Shown here: positions 62,359 through 64,000 of the stretch, in pieces
How the letters are laid out: each line of letters starts with the position of its first letter
How positions within the stretch are numbered: the stretch's first letter is position 1
Source: Candidatus Poribacteria bacterium
GTDB lineage: Bacteria > Poribacteria > WGA-4E > WGA-3G
DNA: 64,000 nt
Direction of reading: 5' to 3'
Assembly (NCBI GenBank): GCA_965198235.1
Contig: OZ240248.1
Span: 3,776,001 to 3,840,000 of the forward strand
Program-made: the position numbers and the translations under genes
Notes under the pieces: generated by a model
What the model was told of the DNA's origin: nothing
What the model saw: the letters and a program-made list of their open reading frames with translations, nothing else
Databases searched by the model: none

Positions 62359-62582
62359 GTAGGTTGGGTTGAACGGAACATCAAAAAGCATGGCATTTGG
62401 CGTAGAAACCTGCAATTTCCAAAATGCTTGAAGTTTCAGAGACATTAGTGAAACCCAATTTTCAGTACTCTGTTGTGAAAGTGTTGGGTTTCACTATGTA
62501 TATTTTAGACGAGAGCCTACTGAAAAGTATCAACTTTCTTGATATTGATACCCTTTCGCCTTCCCCGTTCAACCCAACCTAC
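62359..62582. repeat. REPIN/MITE-like inverted doublet with 18-bp terminal inverted repeats
   Basis: GTAGGTTGGGTTGAACGG ... CCGTTCAACCCAACCTAC; inner IR AGTGAAACCCAA/TTGGGTTTCACT. Confidence 0.8.
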
Positions 62583-62625
62583 AAGACCAGATTACAAATC
62601 TCACGTAACATAGGAGGAATCGGTT

Positions 62626-63354
62626 ATGAAACTGGTTAAATCGGTCCTATTGATTGCACTGCTTTGTGTTGTCAGTCTTTTTTCGGCAGGAATCGCTGTT
62701 GCATTAGAAGAATGGATACATGTTGATATAGAACCGTATTCCAACACGAAGTTGGTTAAACATCAGTGGTGGACGAAGAATCCTGGGGATAGTACGCTTT
62801 CTCGTCTGCCCATCGGTGAGATTGATGAGTTTGAAGGACCGGACGGGAAGGTAGAGTTTAAAATTATAGATGGTGCCATTGTTCTCTTCGGCACCAATGC
62901 AGCGATATGGCCCAAAGCGGTTGAAGACATCGTCATTGGCGGTAAGGCAAAGTTCATCTATTTTTTTCACGCGACCGGATGGGAACAGAACGGCGTTCCA
63001 AGTTACATTTTCGTGATGAATTATCGGACTGGAAAGAAGGAAGAGCTTGAAATGATTTCAGGTTTTAACTCAGATGATTGGTGCCACGAGGATGCCGCAC
63101 TTAAAGACGATAACTCTGTCTGGGGATGGGTAAAGAAGGAAGGCGGTCCTTGTGGACACGCAGGGTTGGTTACCACAAAATGGGAAAACCCGCGACCCGA
63201 TGATTGGATTGAAACGATAGATGCCATCTCGTTGGAATTAGGGTCAGTGCCTGTGATTCCAGCGATTACCTTAGGCGAGGCATCACTCGCAGTTGACCCT
63301 GCCCAGAAATTGGCTGTCACTTGGGGAAGTCTGAAAAGCCCTCGTAGATTCTAA
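62626..63354 (+). CDS. Secreted beta-sandwich hypothetical protein with C-terminal V-D-P..KL..TW..LK motif
   Basis: RBS AGGAGG; signal peptide; IYFFHATGW, WENPRPD; tail AVDPAQKLAVTWGSLK. Confidence 0.8.
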   Translation: MKLVKSVLLIALLCVVSLFSAGIAVALEEWIHVDIEPYSNTKLVKHQWWTKNPGDSTLSRLPIGEIDEFEGPDGKVEFKIIDGAIVLFGTNAAIWPKAVEDIVIGGKAKFIYFFHATGWEQNGVPSYIFVMNYRTGKKEELEMISGFNSDDWCHEDAALKDDNSVWGWVKKEGGPCGHAGLVTTKWENPRPDDWIETIDAISLELGSVPVIPAITLGEASLAVDPAQKLAVTWGSLKSPRRF

Positions 63355-63363
63355 ACTTTCCTT

Positions 63364-63393
63364 GCAGGCGAGGTTTCTAACCTCGCCTGTTTT
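63364..63393 (+). terminator. Putative intrinsic terminator
   Basis: CAGGCGAGGTT-TCT-AACCTCGCCTG hairpin followed by TTTT. Confidence 0.6.
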
Positions 63394-63420
63394 CGTGTTT
63401 CGTGTCCGACTATAATAAAA

Positions 63421-63449
63421 TTGACTTTGTGGGTCGTCTATGCTATAAT
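63421..63449 (+). promoter_or_regulatory. Putative sigma70 promoter of groEL
   Basis: TTGACT-17 nt-TATAAT with TG extended -10. Confidence 0.7.
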
Positions 63450-63509
63450 TACATTAGCGATTTGTAATCGCAACATTTTTAATATCTAATATTGCAACAC
63501 TAAAATTGA

Positions 63510-64000
<491 letters not shown>

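Noticed and set aside
63455-63503. CIRCE operator upstream of groEL
   Set aside because: TTAGCGATTTGTAATCGCAA is only a short palindrome and does not match TTAGCACTC-N9-GAGTGCTAA.

Overview
Gene-dense window from a diderm bacterium. It is most likely Candidatus Poribacteria (inference from the LamG/sulfatase/PhyH/Gfo-rich gene content, ankyrin proteins and a recurrent C-terminal 'V(D/S)PxxKLxxTWxxIK' tail; no marker gene proves it). It contains a Mn/Fe ABC operon with a VIT1 transporter, sugar/uronate catabolic genes, and a long minus-strand envelope/housekeeping run (lnt, frameshifted prfB, lysS, lolCE/D, ilvE, bamA, skp, lpxD, DGGGP synthase, TrmH, GGGP synthase, grpE, dnaJ, prmA). It also has two paralogous secreted metzincin-ankyrin proteins, a PorV-like protein, rqcH and the start of groEL. 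Most interesting signals: (1) five secreted proteins with different cargo domains share a short C-terminal motif, with a PorV-like gene beside one of them, suggesting a T9SS-related sorting system with an unusual signal; (2) a 477-bp protein-free IS200/IS605 element with rule-consistent ends, a perfect sigma70 promoter and an omegaRNA-like 3' end; (3) an archaeal-type ether-lipid gene pair next to lpxD/bamA; (4) many repeat types, including 24/27-nt GTAG REPs inserted in-frame in proteins, a permuted tandem module nested inside different REP hairpins, and a 13-nt-loop hairpin whose stem covaries fully across seven copies. All calls come from reading the sequence by eye; no searches were run.
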